The notes under the pieces are model-generated. The model worked only from the letters and a program-made list of their open reading frames with translations, ran no database searches and had not been told where the DNA came from. Shown one piece after another: positions 40,489 through 55,391 of a stretch of DNA of 64,000 bases. The position numbers and the translations under genes are program-made. How positions within the stretch are numbered: the stretch's first letter is position 1; the number at the start of each line of letters is the position of its first letter. The DNA is from Chlorokybus atmophyticus (taxonomy: Eukaryota > Plantae > Mesostigma and Chlorokybus algae): assembly GCA_009103225.1 (NCBI GenBank), contig RHPI01002438.1, positions 1,122,755-1,186,754 of the forward strand. The letters are read 5' to 3'.

Positions 40489-42653
40489 CCGCAACTTGCA
40501 CCACAGGAACACACAGCACCACGCACGCCGTGCACCAGCCACTAGTGTGGCAGCGATTTTGTTTTATGACATGTAGTAATTGCCATTGCAGTCTTAAGTG
40601 CTGCAAAGGTACGGAAACAATGAGTTTGTGCTGACGCATAGCGGAGTTGATCAAGCACATTCAAGAACTTTGAGATGTACTTGGTGCGGCTGGATATGCG
40701 CGCTAAGTGCAAAGTACATCTCTTGGTACAAACTTCAGGTTGAGCAGATAGACTAGAGCCATCCTTGATGGGCTTAGAATTTGCCAGGCACCTTCGCCTT
40801 GGTTGTACCTGAAACCTGTGCATTCAGTCGTTGCAATGAACGCGCAGGTACATAGGCTTTTCAGCAGTGAGAGCACAAGGTCCACAGGCACATTGCCGTT
40901 TCGCATTGTATGTACACACAAGCATAGCAGCACTCCAGCCCAAGCAGAACTGTTATGACAAGCGCACGGGAATGCACTGTGTACTGTCTAAGTGCTTGAG
41001 TTGGTACATCTGCCTGCATTGCTGTTACTATGAGTGCGTGCACTTGCAATTATCAATGGACAATAACATGTTCATCCGCATTTAATGTACACCCATTGCA
41101 ATGAGTAAAGTTGGCTGTTGTGCGGTGGTTACTCTGACGTGAAGGTATTACAACTTCGTGCAGCAATGCCTGCGACGTAGTGTCCGCACATACAAGTGTT
41201 CTGCAGGGAAATGCTGACACTGACTATATTACCTATATGCATGCTGCTGGATTAGAATGCTTGTCTTGGTTAGTGAGTGTACAGGATATGTCCGAGGCAG
41301 TTGTAAACATGCATGTTCACACCATGCATCACATGCTGCACGCATCTTCATGCTGTATGCACGACCCCCGGGCTGTGTGTGCGTGCTGCGCATACTTGCA
41401 ACCATGGAATATCTGTGTAGTGGTAGAAGTAGTGGGGCAGTTGACTGGATTGATCCGGTTGTCTACAATATGCTTTGCTATTATTGGAGGTTGCTGTGGT
41501 ATGTGGAGTATCAACCATGCATGTGCATTGGACGTTGTGGAGTTATATGCTCAATGTACAAAAGGGGTGTGCTACTATGCCGGCATGCATCGTGTACCGA
41601 GACATGCAAGCGACATGCATCACACTACATGGGTAAACACATTCTATTCACCACCGGGCTAGTATTTCTATGCTATGCCAACTTTAGCCTGCCCCGTTAG
41701 CCATGCAGTCAGCATGCAGAATTGTATTCACCTTTGCAGCGGTGGTAGTTTGCGTCATGTGTAGTCCTCGTAGTTGACACGGGCAGACTTCACTGCTCCC
41801 CATGTAATTGCACGTATGGATTCGCCTAGCGTCGTGTGGTCTTCGCTGTCTGTCATCTTCAGCACTGCCCTGCAAGACCCGACAGGGCGGGATCTAACCA
41901 TTAACTGTGCTGCCTACGCATGCAAGGTGCTTCCGGTGAAGCGCCCCTACCACTATGACAGTCACACACTCCCAGACCAACCACTGATTCCCATTCACCA
42001 CACAACATGCACCCCTCTGCAAAGTGATAGAGGGTAGCAAGGAAGCATTGTTTGTACATGTGTATTGAAAATGTACAAACAATGCTCTGTTATTGTTGGA
42101 GGTTGCTGTGGTACGTGGAGTATCAACCGTGCATGTGCATTGGATGTTGAGTTACAAGCTCAATGTGTATTGAACATGTATAAACAATGCGGAGATAAGC
42201 CTGTGCAATTAACGACTTGCTGGAGGGTGAGATTTGATTCAGACTAGACCGTGTATCTAGTATAACGGCGGTTACTTGTTGGGTTATGCATGGGCCAGAA
42301 GAGCTAGCTTACTAACCACTTATTGACCACACACACACACAGCGGTGGACAGATCTGTGCTTGTTGCTTACTACATGCATGTATGTAACGGTACATACAG
42401 CAAAGTTGTTCGTACCGAACGCCATTACCACAGCATGTACACGAGGGTGAAATCCAACGCAGTGCAAAGACACAAGGCAATTGCAACTGCCAGGGAAAGT
42501 GTAGTCAGCGTATAGAGAGAAGTCACATGGGCAGGAAACAATTGTACATTGTATAACATTAGGGTTCGCCTATGGTTGACATAGCTGGACACTATGTAAT
42601 ATTCCACTGCAAGCAGTTGCTATGCAAGGAGTCTACTACCTAAGTGTTTGCGT

Positions 42654-43428
42654 TCAGTAGCGGGAGCCGCCATAGCTTGAGCTCTGCTGCTGGCCATAGC
42701 CGCCGCCGCCACCGCCGCCGCCACCACCACCGCCAGTGCCGAAGCCCTGCTGGCCTGGGCGCTGGACAATGAAGCCGGCGCACTGGACCTGGCGCTGGGC
42801 GTCGAAGCCAATGACGCGGATGTAGGCGTTGGGGTAGGAGCGCTTGGCCTCAGAGATCTCCTGCAGAACCTGCTGGGAGTTGTTGCAGCCGAAGAGGGGC
42901 AGCTTCCACATGGTCCAGTAGCGGCCGTCATAGTATCCGGGGCCGGAGTTGTACTCGCGGGAGACGAAGCCGTTGTGGTCGAACTCAATGCAGGGGATCC
43001 AGCCCTGGGCAAGCAGGTAGTCAATCTGCCTGGCAATGCCGTCCGCGCTGAGGGGGGGCAGGTAGGACATGGTCTCGAATTTCTTGTTGTTGGTCGGGGG
43101 CCACACCTGTTCGGCAAGGGACCATAGGCAGTCAGCAGCCGCTTAGCAACCCACACAGTGCTTGGCTGACGACAGGAAAACAGAGCAAACAACAACAGTA
43201 CAAGCAGTCAACAGCAGCCTAGCATCCCACACGTGCATTTGGCACAAAGCAACACACCTGCATCATGGAGACGGTGGCGCCATTGCTGACGGTCTTCTGG
43301 GAGAAAGAGGCGGAGGCCTTGCCGAAGGCAACATTCTTCCTGAGGCCGCTGAAGGCGGCGACGGGCTTGACCGAGGCCGAGGCGGCGACGGTGGGGATGA
43401 CCGCCGCGGCGGAGCTGATGGCAGCCAT
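42654..43428 (-). CDS. rbcS: Rubisco small subunit precursor with an unusual 33-aa Gly/Tyr/Gln/Ser C-terminal extension
   Basis: Exon 1 (43428-43258) encodes the transit peptide plus MMQ; exon 2 is 43106-42654. The intron lies at the conserved MQ|VWP position. Core [49 protein letters not shown], then GQQGFGT(G)12[14 protein letters not shown]. Confidence 0.98.
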
Positions 43429-43489
43429 GGTGCTGCTTGCGGCGGCGGCGGCGGCTCTAAGCTGCCGGCAACTGCAATGGGCAACTCGG

Positions 43490-43595
43490 AGCTTATCCTC
43501 ACAATATATATGATTCCCTCTCGGTGGAATCGTCGGCTGCAATTCAACGGCAGCCTAGCCAAAGCTTAACCAAGCGTTGTAACCGGATAAGGTGG
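43490..43595 (-). promoter_or_regulatory. Putative rbcS core promoter: TATA-like box and I-box-like GATAAG motifs
   Basis: TATATAT ~80 nt upstream of the ATG (43504-43511). GGATAAG reads on - at 43492-43498 and GGATAAGG on + at 43585-43592. GATAAG (I-box) is a known plant rbcS element, but such short motifs also occur by chance. Confidence 0.35.
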
Positions 43596-44544
43596 ATAGG
43601 GCTGTAGCCTTACCGATAACGTAATTACACTGTTACCGAAACAACAGAGCGTAGCTGACCGAGACTTTTGGTAACGACAGTAATGTGACAATCTACCGTG
43701 ACTTGTAACTTACAGCTGCATGCACTGCAGTATGCCTATACCGGTATATCCTCCAAGCATACACACATACAACTGCATACATAGTCATAGGTCGATAGGG
43801 TACATGTGTACATCATCTATGCATGTTGATACATTGATACACACACGTATCATATGAAAGAGTAATCATGTGCAAATAATAAATATACATACATACATAT
43901 ACATATACGTATTTGCATATGCATACCCTCAAACATACGGTTATGTACATGTATCATGACTTATCATGTAGAACATAAATGCATATGCATGTATGTATAT
44001 TTATTCATAGGTATCCTCGATTGCAGTCAAATGTGTGCATGAAGCTGTATATTGCAAGGCCTTTTTCCCGCATGTTACAATATGACAAGCGGGAAAAAAG
44101 TCTAACTTATAAAACTCCTCTGTAGACATTGCTCGACATCGGCAATACTTATGAAAGTCTATATACGGAAAGAGAGATATACATACATATATATATATAT
44201 ATATGTATGTATAACATCATAACAGCACAGGCAAGCAAGCAAGTGTGCGTGCTTGTATTCATTTTCACCATCACAACTAACAGCTCAGTTATAGTAGCAT
44301 GGGCTGGCTCAGGCCCCTACACATAGCAAACATACAACGGCATCACCATACGTAGGCGAGGTTGGTGTAGCTTGCCAAGCCGCCTTGACCAACGCCGCAC
44401 CTGATCACATAAAGGCTGAGAAAGACAGTTGCCTTGCAGACAACCTCTCACTGCAGACGCCACTGCCTTATCCTTCTTCCAATTTGTAAATGCTTGCAAG
44501 AATTCACAAAATGACTGCAGACGGTTAAGGCATTGCGTATTATA

Positions 44545-47727
<3,183 letters not shown>

Positions 47728-47728
47728 N

Positions 47729-48126
47729 GTTACAAATTGTAGAATGTCACTTTTATACCTACCAGTCTGCACATGCTACTACTGTCTAGACGATTCTAGC
47801 GCTAGACGGAACTAGAAGGTAAGATATAATTGCAGAATCTTGTAGTACACTTCTAGACCTTTCCAACGTGCCAAAGATCTCCTAATTTGCTGCTCATATG
47901 GTCAAGTTATACTACTTGGCGCCAGGCCCTTCCAGAAATCTGGTCGAGCCCTTCTCGACTGGCCCTCCGTTTTCTGGCACCTTCCGGACTGGTCTTGGGG
48001 CCCCGGTCGATATCCGCGGCAGACTCATAACTCGCCGATATCCGCCACAAGTCATAAAAACATGTACCTTACAAATAAGGCCTAAAACGGCCATGAAAAT
48101 CATAGAATTTAGCCTTGACTGTTACA
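47729..48126 (-). repeat. 3' LTR of copy 1, truncated at the (TG)n/N junction
   Basis: Matches 53043-53440 with 3 substitutions and one 3-bp indel that I could count; begins TGTAACAG on the - strand. Confidence 0.95.
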
Positions 48127-51100
48127 CTCCTCCCCCCCCCCAGGTGAGCTTCGTCCTCGAAGCTCGCGAGGTTGTCGTCGAGCAAGATAGGCACGCACAA
48201 CGTCTTGAGCATTAGTCAAGTGTGCCTCTGGCTCCCAGGATGCTTCATGCAACGGATAGCCCTTCCATTTCACTAAGAACTTGCGTACGCCATGCACAAA
48301 CTTCTCACCAAGGATGTCTTCTACCTCCCACTCTGCTTCACCGTCCGTGCCAACTTCGGGGGGCGGCCTTTCTGGCGGTTGTCCTCGATATGCTTTCAGA
48401 AGGGAGACGTGAAAAACGGGGTGCACATGCATGGTGTCGGGTAGCTCCAGTTTGTACGCCACGTCCGAGATAACTTTGCTGACCTTAAATGGTCCCAACC
48501 AGCGTTCATTCAGCTTTCGAACTCCCGTACGCACCTGGACGTGCTTCGCGGAGAGTAACACAATGTTGCCTTCCTGAAACGTGAGGTGTCGGCGATGCGC
48601 GTCCGCGTACTGTTTTTGCCGATTTTGTGCCACCAATAGCGCCTCCCTAGCTGCCTTGTTAATGTCCGCGCACTTTGTAAGGAAGTTATTAGCTACCTCC
48701 ACACGCACGTCATGTCGTCGCGGTGTCCATGCCGTCAACGGTGTCAATGGATGTTGCCCGTAGTTCATAAGGAAGAGAGTGACACCTGTGCTTGCATTGT
48801 GGTGGTTGTTGATCGCAAACTCAACCAACTCAAGCAGCTCCGCCCAATTGTCTTGTCGCGCGTTAACGTAGCAACGCAGCATGTCCTCGATCACACGGTT
48901 GGCCCGCTCCGTTCGCCCATCAGTTTGCGGGTGGAATGCCGTGCTAAACTTCAGTGTGGTACCCAGTGCACTATGCAGCGCCTCCCAAAACTTACTTGTA
49001 AAGCGCGGGTCGCGATCACTCACAATGCTTCGTGGTAATCCATGAGAACGAAATACATGCTTCACAAACAAGCGTGCTGCCTCCGGTGCCGTGCAAGACT
49101 CACTACACGGTGCCAAGCGTACCATTTTGCTGATTTTGTCGGCGAACACAAGTGTAGCATCGTACCCTTCTTTTGTCTTTGGTAGCCCCGTGATAAAGTC
49201 CATGGTAACTTGCTCCCACTTGGATAATGGCACAGGGAGAGGTTGCAGCAACCCACCTGGCTTTTGGTTGCTTGCCTTCACCCTCTAGCATGCGTCGCAC
49301 AACGCCACGTAGTCGCGCACATCGCGATGCATCTCTCGCCAGTAAAAACGCTGCTTCAAGCTTGCCAAAGTCCTCTCCAACCCTTGGTGACCAGCAATGG
49401 GCACGTCATGAGCTTCCTTCAGCAACTTCACACGGATATGCGCGGCGTTGGGGATGTACAAGCGCCCGTGGTGCAAAAGCAGCCCGTCGCGCATTGACCA
49501 ATGCCCACTTGTATCCGTGGCTGCATTTTTCAGCTCTTGCAACACTTTCATACCCTCCGTGTCTTCACGAAGCACTTGCCGAATCTGGTCGGTCCACTCG
49601 GGCTGCACTTGAGCTAGGGCCACAATTGCATTAAGCCGGCTCAGCGCGTCAGCAACACCATTTGACGTACCAGGCTTGTACTTGATATCGAAGTTAAAAA
49701 GTTGAAAGAACTCAAGCCATCGAGCTTGTCTGCGACTCAGATTAGGTTGTGTTTGTAAGTACCTTAGTGGAGAGTGATCCGTCTTAAGCACGAACTTTTT
49801 GCCTTCCAGAAAACAACGCCATTGTCGTAGCGCCATGACTTGCGCCAAAAGTTCCTTCTCGTGCACGGGGTAATTCAGCTCCGCACCACTCATCTTCTTG
49901 CTGAAGAATGCTACTGGTTGAAGGCCGTTGCCATGGTCTTGCTGCAAAACAGCTCCTACGGCTGTGTCGGACGCGTCGCAAGCCAAAATAAATGTCTTTT
50001 CCATGTCGGGGTGAGCCAGGACTGGTGCCTCCGTCAGCGCCTTCTTCAACGCAGCAAATGCATGTTCCTCTGTTGCTGACCAGCTCCAAGGCTTTCCCTT
50101 CTTGAGTAGGGCAGTCAAGGGAGCAGCTATGCGCGAAAACCCCATGATAAACTTGCTATAATACCCCGCAAGGCCTAAAAAAGACATCACCTCCTTTACG
50201 TTGGTCGGGGCAGCCCACTCGCGCACCACCTGCACTTTGTTGGGGTCCGGCTTGATGCCTTCATGCGACACGATGTGGCCTAGGTACTCCACCTCTCGAA
50301 GCAAGATTTTGCACTTTTGTTGCTGGGCGTACAATTTGTGTTCGCGCAAACGCTGCAACACGCGCCGTAGAAGTGCCACGTGCTCCTCCTTTGTTGTCGC
50401 GTATATCAAAATGTCGTCGAGGTACACGAGGACTCCCTTACCAATCAAGTCAGCAAAAACGCTGTTCATAAGCGTTTGAAATGTTGCCGGTGCGTTCGTA
50501 AGTCCGAAGGACATGACCAACCACTCGTAGTGCCCATAACGTGTGTTAAATGCTGTTTTCTCCACATCCTCGGGCGCGATGCGGATTTGGTGATAACCTC
50601 CAGCAAGATCAAGTGTTGTAAAGTACCGCGCACCTTGCAATTGCTCCAACTACTCATCGATACGTGGGAGTGGAAAGCAATGCCTCTTCGTGATGTTGTT
50701 GAGAGTCCGGTAGTCGACGCACATGCGCAAGCTCCCGTTCTGCTTTCGTACGAACAAAATAGGTGCACCATAGGGGGACTTACTAGGCCTGATGTAGCCT
50801 CTTTCAGCAAGTCCGCCACCTGCCTCTCGGCCTCCTCCAGCTCCAAAGGTGACAACTTGTATACGGGTCAATACGGTGGCTTGTGCACGCCCTCAATCAG
50901 CTCCACCCGGTGGTCTACGCTCCGTGGAGGTGGTAGACCAGATGGAAGTCCGTCGACCATGATATCTTGGTATTCTTTAACAAGTTTACACACCTCGGGG
51001 TCCATTGTAGCCGTCTTAACATCGTCACGCAACTCTGGTGCTGACTTTGCAGTGTTTTCGTGCACCACGCACAACCATGCAGCCTTTGCCTTTCGTAGAG

Positions 51101-51725
51101 ACAATAACTTCCTCAATTGCAAATAAGAGATCTGGGCAACAGTCGTACCACCTGATTGTGCGTGCCGCGCCTCGATGACGTCCGACGCAGCTTGAATGGA
51201 TTCTCCACCATTTTCTTTAATGGTGAGCGCGCGCTTCCTCCAATTGATGGATGGATTATGTTGCCATAGCCACGGTAGTCCCAATATCCCGTCAAATCCG
51301 TTCCGTAGGGTGATGCAGCAAAATCGCATGTTCTCCTTCATCTTCCCAATGCGAACGCACAACTCTTTGGTCATAAACGCAGCGCCATCACCTCCAGAGG
51401 GTGGCTCTCCATCAGCGAGCTTCACTTCACCTCCTCGTAATGACGAAAGCCAACCGTAACGCCGCGCAATATCAATACTCATGAAGTTGCTGTTGGCACC
51501 GCTATCAATCATGAGCTTGCACTCTCTCCATCGTCCTTGGTCATCGCAAATGTGTGCTCGAAGCCCAAAGTACTTTGTTGTCTCCTCGTTTGTATAACTT
51601 ACCACCATTTGCGTGTTTAAAGCCATCTCCTCTTGCTTCTTTAATGGAAATGTCACAGCATCCGTCCGTGCATGAGGCTCCCTCCTATCCCCAGTCGTAG
51701 CCTCCTCACCTACTGGGGAAGTCGT
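48109..51725 (-). pseudogene. pol: pol (PR-RT-RH-IN-chromodomain) of copy 1, disrupted
   Basis: ORF pieces 50868-51980, 49285-50649 and 48109-49281, separated by stops or a frameshift. Confidence 0.93.
48127..48141 (-). other. Polypurine tract of copy 1
   Basis: GGGGGGGGGGAGGAG immediately before the 3' LTR. Confidence 0.9.
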
Positions 51726-51729
51726 TTTC

Positions 51730-52737
51730 CTACTCCACGCCATTTTGCTCCATGGTGTTGACGCGACGATCACGGCGAGGGTTGCCATCCGGTGTTGGCC
51801 TTTGCGTGCTTCGTTTGGGGCATCCGTACGCCAAATGCTCCGTCGACCCACATGCATAATACTTGCGCACACCGTTACCTCTTTCACCACGTCCGCCGTG
51901 CTTCGCCTCACTCCCATGCGTGTGTATGGCACCCACTTCCATGAGTGCAGGCCCAGAGTCGGCTCCACCTCCATTGGCAAGTGTTAAACTTGGTTCTCCT
52001 CGTCTCCATGCATGTTGAAAGCCTCCCCGGGGCTGATCACCATGCCTTTGCCTCCAGTCATTGTTTCTTGTGGTGGACTTGAAGTACAACGCGTCGAGAC
52101 GCTCCGCGATGCGTATAGCCTCCGCGAGTGTTTTCGGGTCCCGTAGCTCCACTTTTTTACGCCCCAAAGGTTTAAAACCACGTGTATACCTGTTCAGCTG
52201 CTTCTCCTCGGTCATATTGGGTATGGACATCACTCATCGCTGAAACGCGGCCGTGTACGCCATCAGCGACCCCATTTGCACAAGGGCTGCAAGTTTGTCG
52301 CGTGCGGCCTTCACGCTCTCAACGGGAACAAATTGATGCCTGACCTCCAGTGCCAACTTTTCCATGGTGGTCAATGGTAGCGTCAACCCGTTTGCAACAC
52401 GCGTACATCGATGCCTCCACCACACAAGTGCTGCACCTTCAAGCCATGTCGCTACAACCTCCACGTGCAGATGCGTGGGCACCTCCGTGCGCTTCAACCA
52501 AGACGATACTTGAAAAATCCATTCATCCACTGCATCTCCATCATGTTAACCCCTGAATGGCTTGGGCTTTGGCACCTTCACATGCACGCGCGAGCTTGAT
52601 GTTATGGGAATTTGTACACGCGCCATCGCATGCTCATACGCCTCGCGTTGTGCTTGTGCCGCCGCTTGCATGTGATGAAGCTCTTTTCTTAATGCTAAGA
52701 TGGCAGCTTGAAGCTCTTCCATGCGAGCATCCTCCAT
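51730..52737 (-). pseudogene. gag: gag of copy 1, disrupted
   Basis: MEDARMEELQ..KVPKPKPFRG*..EWIFQV..LEGAALVWW..AARDKL..; zinc knuckle YYACGSTEHLAYGC (CYACGPTEHLAYGC in copy 2). Confidence 0.9.
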
Positions 52738-52755
52738 CTCCCCTTCGTAAACCGT

Positions 52756-52767
52756 GCTCCGATACCA
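52756..52767 (-). other. Primer-binding site complementary to the initiator tRNA-Met 3' end
   Basis: TGGTATCGGAGC, 2 nt after the LTR CA. Confidence 0.9.
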
Positions 52768-52769
52768 GT

Positions 52770-53440
52770 TGTGACGGTGCTCGTGCCTTGCTACCTGTGA
52801 GTTGGTTCAATCAACAACCCTCTCACCAAGACACGGTATTCACATCGGAACCTTGCCCCCTCTGCCAAGCACACACGCGCGCCCCGCCACTCGCGTACGC
52901 ACGCGCATGCGCTCGAAGCTACACACCGACTTGTGTAGCGCCTTGGATCGTCACACAAGCAAGCACACACCGGTGGCCACACACTAGCAACCCCTGCTAG
53001 CCACCACCAAGCTTGCACACCAGAAACTAGGGAGCTAAAGGTTGTATTACAAATTGTAGAATGTCACTTTTATACCTACCAGTCTGCACATGCTACTGTC
53101 TAGACGAATCTAGCGCTAGACGGAACTAGAAGGTAAGATATAATTGCAGAATCTTGTAGTACACTTCTAGACCTTTCCAACGTGCCAAAGATCTCCTAAT
53201 TTGCTGCTCATATGGTCAAGTTATACTACTTGGCGCCAGGCCCTTCCAGAAATCTGGTCGAGCCCTTCTCGACTGGCCCTCCGTTTTCTGGCACCTTCCG
53301 GACTGGTCTTGGGGCCCCGGTCGATATCCGCGGCAGACTCATAACTCGCCAATATCCGCCACAAGTCATAAAAACATGTACCTTACAAATAAGGCCTAAA
53401 ACGGCCATGAAAATCATAGAATTTAGCCTTAACTGTTACA
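52770..53440 (-). repeat. 5' LTR of copy 1 (671 bp)
   Basis: TGTAAC...GTCACA termini; homologous to 47729-48126 and, inverted, to 60151-60810. Confidence 0.95.
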
Positions 53441-54046
53441 TGCAATTTGTCATTTAAAAAATAAAATATTGGTTGGCATTATGTGCAAGCTATTGCAATT
53501 GGAACACGGCCTGCGTTCAAGCATGATATAACACACTATTGATGACTTAAGCAACACATCTGAGCGTGGCATTACTCAAGCATGCTAATTATAAGGCATA
53601 ATTGATTAATTATAAGGCAAACTTAGAGCATTTTTATGGCAATGAGCTTATGCATAGGAAGCACATATAAACACATGTAAAGAACTTTATACATTGAGGA
53701 AATCTGTACACACAAGGGCAACCTACACAGCATACACAACGTCACAAACAAGCCCACTATACAACCTTCAATACAAGCTAATTTGTTAGTGCAACAGTTA
53801 TCGTGGACACTGAGAGCATCAAGTTGGTAGTACTCTACTATCTTGAGCCTTCAAGGCGGCGAGGCATTGCTCGAGACTTGGCTTGCACTTGGGATGCAGA
53901 GTTGGCTGGCAGAACCGACCACATTCCAGGTTGAAAGGCTCGCGCCGACGCTGCTTGCAGCCTTCAACATCTCGGCAGACAATGCAGCCTCGTATGCTGC
54001 ATTGTCTGCCGAGATGCCTGGGTTGTCTTCCCTTGGTCTACCATTG

Positions 54047-54819
54047 TGTGACGTCGAGCATTTCCACTAGGCCATGTAAGCAAAAGGCGCTTACATGTTG
54101 AGGTTTTCCTAGGATTGATAGTTATTCAAGCGCCCACCCAAGGGCTATCGTAACAAACCTGCCCCTTTAACTGTGAGTGATTTCACTCACACATTAACGG
54201 GAGACCTCCTGCCGTCCCCGTAGGGTGAGTAGGCCTACGTCGCCGCGTCCCCAACTGACGCACCCGACCGACCCTGGTACAGACTCTTGGGTTCCCCGCG
54301 CGTTCACCGTCCGCGCGTTACTCGCCGACGGCCTGCCCGGGTGCGCTACGCGACTTACCCCGCGGCCAAGCACAGGCCCGCGACCGTCACGCACCGCGAC
54401 TCGCCGACAACGGCTGTCCGGGTGCGCCCAAGGCGACTTATTCCGCGGCCTGCGTCAGTGCGCGACCGCCGCGTCGTCTGGCCCAAGTGCGCCCGCAGGC
54501 GACTTACCCCGCGGCCCGAGTGGTCCCTCACCGCTTTACCCAGCGGTCGGCCGTCACATCAATCGGTGACGGGCCTAAGAGACAAGCAGAGACGTGAGGA
54601 AGCGACCCCCCATCATCCCTGGTCCCATTCATGCATTCAATTCGTTCTTGAATGCCAACGTTTTCTGTCTCGGCCGGTTCTATCTCCCTTGGGAGTCGAA
54701 CGCGCGCCGCCAGCCTCCGATACCAACGTCGAGCATTTCCACTAGGCAAGCAGCTTACATGTTGAGGTTTTCCTAGGGTTTATAGTTATTTAAACCCCCA
54801 CCCAAGCGCTATCGTAACA
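54047..54819 (-). mobile_element. TRIM-like non-autonomous LTR element (773 bp)
   Basis: Direct terminal repeats of ~95-115 bp (54047-~54157 and ~54726-54819; TGTTACGATAGC...CTCGACGTCACA on -). PBS TGGTATCGGAG next to the 5' repeat, PPT AAAGGGGCAGG next to the 3' repeat, and a non-coding GC-rich interior. Near-perfect 5-bp TSD cattg/cactg. Confidence 0.85.
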
Positions 54820-55391
54820 CACTGCCTGTGGTGGTGTTTTGTGCACAGATTCTGCTGAACCTCTTTCCCGGACCCTATAAGCGTTTAATATACTCGTCAT
54901 GCAGTAACTTGGCACACCCTGATGCACCGCACTTGAGGTGCATGCTGTCAGAGTTCTAGCAGTTCTATTAGTCCAGGCTATACCGCTAAGCACATGAAGA
55001 TGTGCTGAGAGGGTTGCGCTGTTCCAGCGCTCGTGCTGAGTTCTGCAGACGGGTGCACATGGTGCCACTCTACAAGTGAGACACATTTTGTGTATCAAAC
55101 ATTAATATTGCTCGGCTTTTGTGAAGACCCGCGCTTAGACATAAAAAATAGGGTTTGCATTGTGTGCTTATTGTATAGCAAGTTGCACAGTTGTGCAGTT
55201 GCAATGTTGCACGGTTGCAACGTTGTAGTTCGACGCAAAATGTTTCCCCTGACAGCCGACTACATATTGGCAACGGCCGTGCACCAAAACATACTTATGT
55301 AGGCTATCGTGGCTCAGTTCACCTGTAATCTTGATACAGGGACCTGAGTATAAATTCAGTTAATATTAGGCCCTTCTCGTTACAATTCGGT

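Larger units (their letters stand above)
47729..53440 (-). mobile_element. Ty3/gypsy chromovirus LTR retrotransposon, copy 1 (recent but inactivated)
   Basis: 5' LTR 53440-52770 (TG..CA), PBS, gag with zinc knuckle, protease LMIDSGANSNF, RT (YLDDILIY), RNase H (CDASDTAVGAVL), integrase (GHQG..LKQRFYW; GRTERANR), chromodomain (WEVEDILG..FLVKWKGY..SWEP), PPT and a truncated 3' LTR. Nonsense codons at ~52546, ~52234, ~50650 and ~49285, plus frameshifts. Confidence 0.97.

Noticed and set aside
41480-42150. ~55-70-bp direct repeat (ttggaggttgctgtggta..gcattgga) at ~41485 and ~42095
   Set aside because: No PBS, PPT or TG..CA termini; treated as a small local duplication.
44400-44520. AFTNWKK motif reminiscent of hAT TTF-type zinc-finger regions
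   Set aside because: Too short, with no further transposase similarity.
52756-52767. tRNA-complementary sequence
   Set aside because: It is a retroelement PBS. No tRNA, rRNA or snRNA gene was recognised anywhere in the window.
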